A stretch of 64,000 nucleotides of DNA from an uncultured Methanosarcinales archaeon (GTDB lineage Archaea; Nanobdellota; Nanobdellia; Woesearchaeales; GW2011-AR9). Location of the stretch: assembly GCA_964344235.1 (NCBI GenBank), contig CAYFMJ010000001.1:160001-224000 (forward strand), given 5' to 3'. Below the pieces are notes generated by a model, which searched no databases, was not told the DNA's origin, and saw only the letters and a list, made by a program, of their open reading frames with translations. This document shows, piece by piece, positions 1 to 8,816 of the stretch (position 1 is the stretch's first letter; the number at the start of each line of letters is the position of its first letter). Made by a program: the position numbers and the translations under genes.

Positions 1-12
1 GCGATTATTCTA

Positions 13-558
13 GTGTTATTGCCGGCAGGATGGATTTATGAGAAAGTTGCTGGTGCTGTTTCCACTCAAGCGACCGACAATTTTTATGAGTTTGGCCAGT
101 TTATTGTTGATTATACTGATACCTCTCCTAATGATTTACCCGACGATTTCGTGTTAATTATGGATAAAGAAACGATGATTGTGTTGTATCCCTGGTCCCT
201 TTCGGAGTTGGAGGGAAAATATGTTACTGTAGATCTGTTGTATCCCAAAACGGTTAAACCGAATACATTTTACGGCCCGATAAAAGCAACTGTTGATTTG
301 CCGTATCCACAAGAATCCTGTAAGGGGGAGCCTTGCTTGGTGCTTTGTGTTGATTATGAAATTGAGGATGAGGGAAGTAACCCCTTGGTCCGATGTGGAG
401 AAATAAAGAAGCCAGTCGTTTTGGAAGGAATTGAAGTTGTTGGTATATGGAGTGTTATTCGTGAAGAAGATGATCCCCGGCGCATTCCTGTTATTGTAGA
501 AGACACCAATAAAGGGTTAGTGATTCATGGTGGAAGTAGTACGCCAGTAAGTGGATGA
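13..558 (+). CDS. Hypothetical protein, probably the C-terminal part of a gene starting before the window; first member of the pilin-like cluster
   Basis: Frame is open at the window edge; stop overlaps the next start (ATGA 555-558). Confidence 0.6.
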   Translation: MLLPAGWIYEKVAGAVSTQATDNFYEFGQFIVDYTDTSPNDLPDDFVLIMDKETMIVLYPWSLSELEGKYVTVDLLYPKTVKPNTFYGPIKATVDLPYPQESCKGEPCLVLCVDYEIEDEGSNPLVRCGEIKKPVVLEGIEVVGIWSVIREEDDPRRIPVIVEDTNKGLVIHGGSSTPVSG

Positions 559-989
559 GGAAGCAGATGAACAAGCGTGGAACGAGTTTAGTATTATTGT
601 TATTTGAAATGGTTGTTGTTGCGCTAGTTATTGGTGGCTTGTTCTTTATGGCGGACCGTTTTGTTGAATCCGAGGCAATTCCTGTAGCAAATTTAGTGCA
701 TGACATGGAGATGATGGTCAATACTCTTGTTGGTACGCCGGGAGATGTAATTATAGCGTATCCCCATGATGTTTCTCAATATACATTTAGTCTACGACAA
801 GAGTCAATTACGGTAGTGGGCGAGGATACTAGAGAGGAAATACAACGATCATTGTTATTCAGACTGCCAGAATGCTATGAGGCGATTGGTTTCGTGGAAA
901 GGGCGGAGAAGGTCTGTTTTGAGAAAAAATCAAGCGTTAAGAACGGCAAGAGGAAAGTGAAAATAACGTTGGAGGAGTGTGGTGCATGA
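555..989 (+). CDS. Class III signal peptide (prepilin-like) protein
   Basis: MNKRG|TSLVLLLFEMVVVALVIGGLFF: basic KRG motif followed by a hydrophobic helix. Confidence 0.65.
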   Translation: MRKQMNKRGTSLVLLLFEMVVVALVIGGLFFMADRFVESEAIPVANLVHDMEMMVNTLVGTPGDVIIAYPHDVSQYTFSLRQESITVVGEDTREEIQRSLLFRLPECYEAIGFVERAEKVCFEKKSSVKNGKRKVKITLEECGA

Positions 990-1468
990 ATCGTAAAGGG
1001 CAAATAAGTGAATATGAATTTACAAAAGAGGCAGTGCATTTACTTATTGCTCTATTTCTCATAGGGTTGATTTTGGGTGCTTTCGTTGCACTGGAAGTGA
1101 AGATGGAGGCACGGTTTACAAATGTTGACCCAGAAATGAAAGCAGAATTTGTGACACTGCGATTTGCGAATATTCCAGAATGCTTTGCGTATGAAGATCC
1201 TGTAACGGGGAGAGTGTACCCTGGTGTTGTAGATATAGAAAAATTTACTGAGGGACAGTTGTTTGATTGTTATCATACTGCCGAGGTAAAGGAAGAAGGG
1301 GTGAAAGAGTTTAATTTTCGGTTGACGTTTTCCGAGCGTGAAGGGGAGTTAATAACAAACCATTATTATCACAATAATGCGTTTGTGTTATCACGGGAAG
1401 TATTGGTGTTAGAAGAGGGTGTTATGAAACCAGACAAATTAATTATATTCGTGCAGGTGAATGTTTAA
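986..1468 (+). CDS. Class III signal peptide (prepilin-like) protein
   Basis: ATG 986 overlaps the previous stop; MNRKG|QISEYEF then hydrophobic LLIALFLIGLILGAFV. Confidence 0.7.
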   Translation: MNRKGQISEYEFTKEAVHLLIALFLIGLILGAFVALEVKMEARFTNVDPEMKAEFVTLRFANIPECFAYEDPVTGRVYPGVVDIEKFTEGQLFDCYHTAEVKEEGVKEFNFRLTFSEREGELITNHYYHNNAFVLSREVLVLEEGVMKPDKLIIFVQVNV

Positions 1469-1470
1469 AG

Positions 1471-1809
1471 ATGTGGTTTACAGGTAAAAAGGGGGATGCA
1501 ACAACGTTTGACACTATTTTTATGATTCTGTTGACGTTTTGGGTACTGTTTGTGTTTGGTTTTCTTATTTTACCTTCGAGTTCGGAGAAAGGGGGAGATG
1601 GAGCTTTAGATAAGGTATTGTCAGTGGATGATTATTTGGTGTTTGAGCGTGGGCAAGTTGAACAAGGGAAAGTGTTAGATAAAGAGAGCGTTGAGAATAA
1701 TATGAAGGTTACCCGGCGAAAAGGTTGTTTGCTAAGTGGAAATTATAACTTATGTAAAGTCGAAGGTAGTGTGCTGCAGGGAACGAAAGATTTTGAAGAT
1801 GATGAATAA
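1471..1809 (+). CDS. Class III signal peptide (prepilin-like) protein
   Basis: MWFTGKKG|DATTFDTIFMILLTFWVLFVFGFLIL. Confidence 0.6.
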   Translation: MWFTGKKGDATTFDTIFMILLTFWVLFVFGFLILPSSSEKGGDGALDKVLSVDDYLVFERGQVEQGKVLDKESVENNMKVTRRKGCLLSGNYNLCKVEGSVLQGTKDFEDDE

Positions 1810-2557
1810 GAAGGGGAGTATCCTGTACTGGATTATGATTGCGGCGCTTATAGCGAGTGCTTTTTTGGTGGCAGTGGTCTTTAAGACAGACTTCACAGCG
1901 CAGCCGAAAGGTGTGTGGCAAGAAAGTTATTTAGGAGTAGTGCAGGAAACAGAGAAAGAGTTGTTATTGATGGACTCTGCAGTGTATGAAGTGAGTAGGG
2001 AAGCTGCTGGAGAAGTTATTGTAGATATTGGTGTTAATGGTTTAGGGTGTGGTGTCGTTGATGGCATTCCTGTGTTGAAATTCTCCGGTTGTTTAGAGAA
2101 TATTGATGAGAAGTTTGTTGATGTATTTAGTACGAAGGTTTTGGGGTATTCAGAAATACTTATTGATGGAAATGATGTTGTAGGAATTAGCGAGGAGAAG
2201 AAGTTCATTGGCTCAGCATTGGAAACAATCCCAACGGAAGAAAGTGGTCTGGGTGCACCGGATTATGATTTCTTTTTAACGAAGCCGTTTTACGTTAGCT
2301 ATAAATATCAACCGCATTTTAGAATTGCGTTGGATGAACGGATTGTTGAACTAGAGAGTGTAGTGAAGACTGCAGATGATTTAGTGTTTTTCTGCCATAA
2401 GGAAGAGAAATTACGGGCATGCCTGGATGATTTGAAGCCAGAAGAGTGGCGATATGGGCCGTGCCATGCGCCAGATTATGGTGATGCGGGCAGAGAAGTG
2501 GCGTTCTGTGTTGGGTTAGGAGATGAAGATTTCTCATTTGCAGTGGATTTTTCGTGA
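1799..2557 (+). CDS. Class III signal peptide (prepilin-like) secreted protein, Cys-containing
   Basis: Start re-set to ATG 1799/1802; MMNKKG|SILYWIMIAALIASAFLVAVVF. Confidence 0.65.
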   Translation: MMNKKGSILYWIMIAALIASAFLVAVVFKTDFTAQPKGVWQESYLGVVQETEKELLLMDSAVYEVSREAAGEVIVDIGVNGLGCGVVDGIPVLKFSGCLENIDEKFVDVFSTKVLGYSEILIDGNDVVGISEEKKFIGSALETIPTEESGLGAPDYDFFLTKPFYVSYKYQPHFRIALDERIVELESVVKTADDLVFFCHKEEKLRACLDDLKPEEWRYGPCHAPDYGDAGREVAFCVGLGDEDFSFAVDFS

Positions 2558-2683
2558 ATTAATAGCCTACTTCAGATACCATAATCCTACACTTCGTATA
2601 GGAACATGGTATCTTGCGCCTGGCCATGCCATCACTATCTTCGACATTGATGACAATGATGGCACAGACGGCTATTAATTCAC
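2554..2683. ncRNA. Candidate structured RNA, three-way junction, identity unknown
   Basis: 14-bp perfect terminal inverted repeat GTGAATTAATAGCC/GGCTATTAATTCAC enclosing two 8-bp arms AGATACCA/TGGTATCT and TGCCATCA/TGATGGCA. Confidence 0.55.
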
Positions 2684-2712
2684 TTGTTGTATAGCTTTAA
2701 TTATCTAAAATC

Positions 2713-2719
2713 TTATAAA
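2713..2719 (+). promoter_or_regulatory. Archaeal TATA box upstream of rpa
   Basis: TTATAAA ending 22 nt before ATG 2742; the complement also reads as TATA-like on the minus strand. Confidence 0.5.
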
Positions 2720-2741
2720 CAAGATCGGTTGTTATTTTTGT

Positions 2742-3734
2742 ATGTTTAAGATTCCTTTTGCTGATATTAAAGAGAAGATTGTTGCTAGTGGTAAACTCGG
2801 CAGGGAAGAGTTTGAGAATAAGGTCAAAGCGAAGATTAGCGAACTTTCTGGTTTAATCAGTGAAGAGGGAGCAGCCCACATTATTGCTAATGAATTGGGA
2901 GTGGAGTTAGTGCCGCAGAATGGTAATAAGTTAAAGATTAAGGAAGTCTATGCGGGTATGAAAAATATTTCTACACTGGGGAAAGTTGTGAGGAAGTTTG
3001 ATGTGCGAGAATTTGCGAAAGGAGATAGCACCGGAAAAGTGTGTTCTATTGTTCTTGGCGATGAAACGGGAACGATGCGAGTGGTGTTCTGGAATGATCA
3101 AGTTGATTTATTAAAAGAGGTTAAAGAGGATGATGTGTTGCAGGTTGTTAATGCGTATGTGAGGGATAATCGAGGCACTGCAGAAATCCATTTAGGGGAT
3201 AAAGGGGATATTGTCGTGAATCCGGAAGGAGAAACGGTGAATGTGGTCAGGAGTACGTTGACTGCAGCGCGTAAGAGTATTAAAGAGTTAGCAGGAGGGG
3301 AGCAGGGAGTTGAGTTGCTGGGAACAGTCGTTCAGGTCTTTGATCCTCGTTTCTGGAATGTTTGCCCTCGGTGTAATCGAAAAGTTATGCCGGAAGGAGA
3401 AGTGTACAAGTGTAATGATCATGGGGAAGTTACGCCAGGGTTTTCGTATGTGATGAATGTAGTGTTAGATGATAGCAGTGGCACAATCCGTGGTGTGTTT
3501 TGGAAGAACCAAACACTTACGTTGTTAGGGAAAAGCGATGATGATTTAGTTGCGTATAAGGATAACCCTGCATCGTTTGAAGATGTGAAGACTGATCTGT
3601 TAGGGGAGCAGTTTAAGTTAACGGGAAGAGTGCAGAAGAATCAGATGTTTGATCGGTTAGAATTTGTCGCGCAAGTGGTAGAGAAAGCGGATCCAGCGGC
3701 AGAGATTAGTCGGTTGGAAAGTAATTCTGGATAG
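2742..3734 (+). CDS. rpa: Replication protein A (OB-fold ssDNA-binding protein with Zn finger)
   Basis: OB motifs (LGDETGTMRVVFW, LDDSSGTIRGVFW) and CPRC...CNDH Zn finger. Confidence 0.9.
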   Translation: MFKIPFADIKEKIVASGKLGREEFENKVKAKISELSGLISEEGAAHIIANELGVELVPQNGNKLKIKEVYAGMKNISTLGKVVRKFDVREFAKGDSTGKVCSIVLGDETGTMRVVFWNDQVDLLKEVKEDDVLQVVNAYVRDNRGTAEIHLGDKGDIVVNPEGETVNVVRSTLTAARKSIKELAGGEQGVELLGTVVQVFDPRFWNVCPRCNRKVMPEGEVYKCNDHGEVTPGFSYVMNVVLDDSSGTIRGVFWKNQTLTLLGKSDDDLVAYKDNPASFEDVKTDLLGEQFKLTGRVQKNQMFDRLEFVAQVVEKADPAAEISRLESNSG

Positions 3735-3948
3735 TTTTTTCATATTCTGGGAAGTAATTGTTTATTATTTTGAGGTTGAATGTTTTGAGTATTGCAGAAA
3801 GTGGCTCTCGGTCAAGCAGGAATTTGAAGGATGCTTTAAGTAAGGGGATTCTTTCGTATTGTGAGAGGTAGTTTGGATCTATAGTAACAGCGAATTGTTT
3901 GTTTTCTATAATTACTGTGAATGTATTGTTATTTTGTGTTATTTGCAT
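3706..3948 (-). CDS. Small conserved hypothetical protein
   Basis: Motif ASFKFLLDREPLSAILKTFNLKIINNYFPEYE looks like a conserved family; ATG 3948 preferred. Confidence 0.6.
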   Translation of the reverse strand: MQITQNNNTFTVIIENKQFAVTIDPNYLSQYERIPLLKASFKFLLDREPLSAILKTFNLKIINNYFPEYEKTIQNYFPTD

Positions 3949-3998
3949 GAATGAGAGGTAGTGTAAAGACATAAATATTTTTTGTTATTCTTTTGTGT

Positions 3999-4454
3999 AT
4001 GTTATTTCACACGCATATTTTGTTGGGGATTGTGTTGTTTTTGTTGATTGAACCGTTTTTAGTAGGGAATTATGTGGTGTTCTTTTTGTTAGTGTTGTTA
4101 GGTGCTGTGTTACCGGATATTGATTCTGCGAATAGTAAGATTAACCGGTGGAGTGGGATAATTGGGATTGTGATTGCGTTTTTCTTTAAACATCGAGGGC
4201 TGTTTCATTCGTTGTTCTTGCATGTCGTATTGTTTTTTATTGTGGGATCTGTGTTTTCGTTCTATTATGCAACTGCATTATTTATCGGGTATGTCGCGCA
4301 TATGATTGGTGATGGAGTTACTCTACGAGGAGTAGAGTTGTTTTATCCGTTCTCTAAATTTAAAATTAGAGGCCCTGTTCGGGTAGGTGGATTCTTTGAG
4401 GGAGTTGTATTTATTGGATTGGTGGTTGTGATAGTGATGAAAGTGTTTGGGTAA
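3999..4454 (+). CDS. Membrane-bound metal-dependent hydrolase (YdjM/DUF457-like)
   Basis: H-x-H N-terminus, GAVLPDID, HRGLFHSL, AHMIGD motifs; hydrophobic. Confidence 0.85.
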   Translation: MLFHTHILLGIVLFLLIEPFLVGNYVVFFLLVLLGAVLPDIDSANSKINRWSGIIGIVIAFFFKHRGLFHSLFLHVVLFFIVGSVFSFYYATALFIGYVAHMIGDGVTLRGVELFYPFSKFKIRGPVRVGGFFEGVVFIGLVVVIVMKVFG

Positions 4455-4502
4455 ACACCGTTTTTTGGAAAAGTTTATGAAACACCACTCGACAGTGGTC
4501 AT

Positions 4503-4925
4503 ATGGGAAGATATTTGCCGGAACGGATTGTGGATGGAAATCGCTTAGTCTATACTACGACTCTTGTTGGAACTGAAGGGCGATTGGATGACCTAGTTGG
4601 TATTCTGTGTGAGAGACTAAATTATTATGATGGGAATCCACAAATTCATTTGAGAAGAGGAAATCGCGCCCGTGATCGTTCAGAACTCGTGTATGTGTAC
4701 TGGACGGTAAAAGATCCTTCTGTCGTTGAATTTGATGTATATAGTGTACCTGACTCAACTCCAAAACGTAAAAAAGACCATAGGAAAGAATGGATGCGTA
4801 CCCTCGGCTTGTTAAATGTGTTGCTTGGACAAGCAGGGTATACAATGAAATTTGTTGATAATGAAGAAGTTCGTGCTCGATTTAGTAGTGTTGTTTCAGA
4901 ACATGGTCCACGAAGAGATTTCTGA
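4503..4925 (+). CDS. Hypothetical protein
   Basis: 140-aa ORF with ATG just downstream of an AT-rich promoter-like stretch; no recognisable motif. Confidence 0.55.
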   Translation: MGRYLPERIVDGNRLVYTTTLVGTEGRLDDLVGILCERLNYYDGNPQIHLRRGNRARDRSELVYVYWTVKDPSVVEFDVYSVPDSTPKRKKDHRKEWMRTLGLLNVLLGQAGYTMKFVDNEEVRARFSSVVSEHGPRRDF

Positions 4926-4982
4926 TTTTTAGTTGGTTGTTTTAAGTAAAGTTTAATAAATGGATTTTTCTTATTTTGAACT

Positions 4983-5677
4983 ATGAGGAAAAAAGAGAAA
5001 ATAATTATTGAATTTTTGAGGAAGAGGTATCAAGCAAAAGTTATCATTATTGTTGGGTCAAGGGTTGTCGGTGACTTTAAACCGAATAGTGATTGGGACA
5101 TTTACATATTTACCAATAAAAAGCTGCCTAAAGAGACACTCAAACAATTCTATAATGCTTTACCAAAAGGGATTAAAGATGAAGATTTAGATGTTTACAA
5201 GAATTCAATGAAGAGTAGTAGTTATCCTGCTAAGTTGTGGAGGGATTTAAGGAATTCTAAAATTGTGTTGGATACTAAAGCTGGTTTTGGAAGGAAGCTA
5301 AGAAAGAGAGCTTTAGAAATTTATAGAAAAGGTCCTAAGAAGTGGACGAAATCTTATGCGCAGGGAAGGGAGTATAAAGCTAGAAGGTATGAGAAGAAGT
5401 TTGAGGATAACCTGAAGGATAAAAAGTATGGCGAGTTATTTTTAAGAATTTCTTGGCATTATACTGAGAACATTGTTGATTGGTGGTTTGGCATTAGGCA
5501 AGAGTTTTTGCTAAGGCCACAGCAAGCTTTTCCCTACATAAGGAAGATCCAAAATTTTACAGACAGTTACAAAGAGTATTTTCTGATAAAAGTAGTTATG
5601 CAAGTAAGATAGATGCATTCAAGAAAATGCATAAAATACTGTTTGAGTCTAAAGAGTTTAAGAAACTGGTTACATAA
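4983..5677 (+). pseudogene. Pol-beta-type nucleotidyltransferase, frameshifted near 5546
   Basis: GSRVVGDFKPNSDWDIY (GS...DxD) motif; the shifted frame continues DPKFYRQLQRVFSDKSSYASKIDAFKKMHKILFESKEFKKLVT to TAA 5677. Confidence 0.7.
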
Positions 5678-5820
5678 AGTGCAGCCACTCCCCACTGGAC
5701 AACCACAGGTAGAGTATATAAGTGACTAGGGGTATTAAGTATATTGTAGTCGTAATGGCTGCCCCTCGCACATTGAATGATGTGTTGAAATAAGAAGGGA
5801 ATACCAACGAGGTGATATAT

Positions 5821-6078
5821 ATGAAAAAAACAACTGTAGCGCAAGCTATGACAAATATGCCGGAACGGAAGTTTCGGGCAGGAGCTATTTCTGCAACTGT
5901 TTGGAAGAATCAAGCAGAAAATGGAGAATATAGAACGATTTCTTTGGAAAGAAGTTACACGGATAAAGATGGTGCGTGGAAATCTACAAATTCCATGCGT
6001 TTGAATGATTTGCCGAAAGCGAAACTTGTGTTAGAAAAAGCGTACGAGTTTCTTGTACTTGCAGAGGTATCTGCATAA
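5821..6078 (+). CDS. Small PC4/whirly-like putative nucleic-acid-binding protein
   Basis: FRAGAISATVWKN...ISLERSYTDKDGAWKST beta-hairpin pattern plus C-terminal helix; SD GAGGTGA upstream. Confidence 0.55.
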   Translation: MKKTTVAQAMTNMPERKFRAGAISATVWKNQAENGEYRTISLERSYTDKDGAWKSTNSMRLNDLPKAKLVLEKAYEFLVLAEVSA

Positions 6079-6108
6079 GACTTAAAAAATGGAAGAGGTA
6101 TGATAAAA

Positions 6109-7116
6109 ATGTCAGAGTTGGAATTACAAATGGAAGAATTACAAGAAGAACCAAAGATTGAGGAACCACAAGTTGAGGAGGCAAAGCCACGTATTGTGGA
6201 TTTACCGGGCGTTGGAGCGGCAACGGCGGAGAAGCTAGAAAGTGCTGGATATCATGATATGATGGCTGTAGCAGTTGCTTCTATTGGGCAATTATGTGAA
6301 ACGGCTGGTGTTTCTGAGTCAGTTGCGAGGAAGATGATTAATGCTGCTCGTGATAGCATGAAAATGGGTTTTGTGACAGGAGCAGATGTTCTAAAGAAGC
6401 GAGAGCAAGTGTTGAAATTATCTACTGGGGCTGCGAATTTTGATGAGTTAATGGGTGGCGGTTTTGAGACTGGAGCAATCACTGAATGTTTCGGAGAATT
6501 CGGTTCGGGGAAAACGCAGGTTGGTCATATTCTTGCTGTGAATACATTACACGCTGATCCGACAGCTTCTGCAGTATATATTGATACAGAGAATACCTTC
6601 CGGCCAGAGAGAATCATTCAGTTAGCAAACGGTGTGGGGGCGAATCCAGATGATATTTTAAGCCGAATCATGGTTGCTCGTGCCTATAATTCAGACCACC
6701 AAATGTTGTTAGCTGAAAAGGTTGATGGGTTAATCACAGAGCAGGGGAAGAAGATTAAATTGGTTGTTGTTGATTCCTTAACAAGTCATTTCCGAGCTGA
6801 GTTTATTGGTAGGGGTACGTTGGCAGAAAGACAGCAGAAGTTGAATAGACATATGCATGCACTGGCGAAGATTGCAGGCTCACATAATGTGTGTGTGTAC
6901 GTTACCAACCAAGTGATGGCGAAGCCGGACCAATTTTTCGGTGATCCGACTGCTTCTATTGGTGGGCATATTGTGGCGCATGCGTCGACGTTTCGAATTT
7001 ACTTGCGAAAAGGTCGGAAAGGTTCGAGAGTAGCAAAGTTAATTGACGCTCCTAATTTAGCTGATGGTGAAGCGTGCTTTATGGTTGAAGAAGGTGGGTT
7101 GAGAGATATTAATTAG
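6109..7116 (+). CDS. radA: DNA repair and recombination protein RadA
   Basis: N-terminal HhH, Walker A GEFGSGKTQ, YIDTENTFRPER, VVVDSLTSHFRAE; start 6100 or 6109. Confidence 0.97.
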   Translation: MSELELQMEELQEEPKIEEPQVEEAKPRIVDLPGVGAATAEKLESAGYHDMMAVAVASIGQLCETAGVSESVARKMINAARDSMKMGFVTGADVLKKREQVLKLSTGAANFDELMGGGFETGAITECFGEFGSGKTQVGHILAVNTLHADPTASAVYIDTENTFRPERIIQLANGVGANPDDILSRIMVARAYNSDHQMLLAEKVDGLITEQGKKIKLVVVDSLTSHFRAEFIGRGTLAERQQKLNRHMHALAKIAGSHNVCVYVTNQVMAKPDQFFGDPTASIGGHIVAHASTFRIYLRKGRKGSRVAKLIDAPNLADGEACFMVEEGGLRDIN

Positions 7117-8703
7117 TTTTATTTTTTTTACTTTTTTTCCATAGTTCGCTGAAATTTATTTTAAATGACTCGACGACCTCTTTATTTTTAAGGACAACGG
7201 TAGTTGGTTTGCTGCTGGAAGCAGTGCATAATAATACTCTGTCAGGAAATATTTCAAAATTTGTAGGAGTCGTGGTATAGGGAATAAATCGGATGTCCGC
7301 TAAAGGATTGAACTTTTCTTGTGCAGATCGTGTGGTTGTGGATTTCTTTGCTTTTAGATTGAATAGAATTTGTAAACCAACATTTTTCTCTGCTCTCTTT
7401 TTATTGTACTCTAAAAAGACTTTATCTGCTTCTTTTGATGTTGTTGAAGCGCCATAGACATAGGTCATTTCTCCTTTTGGAGTAGCCTCTAGTGCTTCTA
7501 AATATGCAACCCGCATACCCGCGACACCCTCGTATTTCTCTGTCTCTTGGTTCCAGAGGGAATCAAATTGTTTCTGAAATGATTGGGCGATAGTTTTATT
7601 GTTAATTGTGATTATTGTTGGTTCTTTCTCTTGGATGGTAATGTGGGCTTTGTCTTTCTCGATAAAAATCTCTACTGGTGATTCTTCTTGGTATGGAAGG
7701 AACTTTATGTCAGCGAATTTATTGTAGTTGTTGGGGTATTTTTGGATAATCTTTTTACTATTTTGCTCGAATAATAACTTTGCATTCACTTTTTTCTTTA
7801 TTCTATGTTTGCTTATGTTGTCAAAGAATTCTTCGTATGCTTTGGCGTATTGATTTTGAGCAACTCCTGCGCCGAGCACAGAGTAGCTTTCACCGGGCTT
7901 AAGATTATTATGGATTGAGGCAATAATTTCTTCAAACTTTTGGAACCCTTTTACGATAGCGGTATCCTGGTTCCATTGGATCTCAAACTGGACTCGAAAG
8001 GACTCTGCAACTTCTTTGCTATCGATGACAATCAGTAGTGGTTCTTTGGTCTCGGGGAAGATTATAACTCGGTTGTTAAAGATATTGACTGCTGATGGTG
8101 TTGTTTGAGGGATATATTTGATTTCTGCACGTGGGTTATTTTCTGGGAGAGATTGTGCCTCTCCTCTTGCGATCTCGTTGAAAATTGCCCTATCTTTATT
8201 CCTCTTTTGGCACGTTCTTTCCCAAACTTCACAAAAAAATTGTTTACTTGTTTTGATCTTGAAGGGATGCCAGTGACGAGCATTTCGTCTTCTCGTGACA
8301 ATAAGTCCAGCGCGTTATAGAATGCAGTCTCTAATCCACGCAGTCCTTTGTAGACTGTTGTCTCTGATTTGTATTTTGATAATGTACGTTTTAGTTCAAG
8401 TTCTGGGAGAATTTTGCTGAGCTCCTTTTCTTGCTGTTTGATTTTAGCTTCTTTTTCTTTCATGTAATCCAGTAGTCGTTTTGGGTCAGCTGCCTCAAAG
8501 TGTTTTGTTCCTCGCTTGATGACGAAGCTAGCGAGACCTTTCTGCATGAGCTTCTCGAGAATTTCATAGATTTTGGAGGAAGGCGCTTTGGATTTTTCAA
8601 CAATTGGGCCTGTTGAGGAGGAACCGAGCTCTAAGAGGGCCAAGTAGACGTTGATTTCCGATTTTGTTAGTCCGATGTCTTCAAGTATTGTTTTTAGGGC
8701 CAT
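7109..8703 (-). pseudogene. TrmB-family transcriptional regulator (HTH plus three tandem effector-type domains), split by a 1-nt frameshift near 8190
   Basis: GLTKSEINVYLALLELG HTH; after RGIKI the shifted frame reads RAIFNEIARGE...FEIQWNQ...SVLGAGVAQ and joins ORF 7109-7879 without a stop. Confidence 0.85.
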
Positions 8704-8816
8704 TCCTCCCCCTTTTGGGGTAGGCAATACTTATAAGTGTTTTGTGTTGTTAGGGTAATAGGTGCGTTCTTAGGTGTTTGTAATAGTAATAATAGCGTGA
8801 GCTATGGAGAAATACA

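Noticed and set aside
2554-2683. Assignment as 5S rRNA or SRP RNA
   Set aside because: Size and Y shape fit 5S but the loop C CCGAAC-type motif and arm lengths do not; GCCAGGC-GCAA resembles SRP helix 8 but the opposing AGCA is absent
8185-8195. Programmed ribosomal frameshifting at the three broken genes
   Set aside because: No X XXY YYZ slippery heptamer or obvious stimulatory structure at any of the sites
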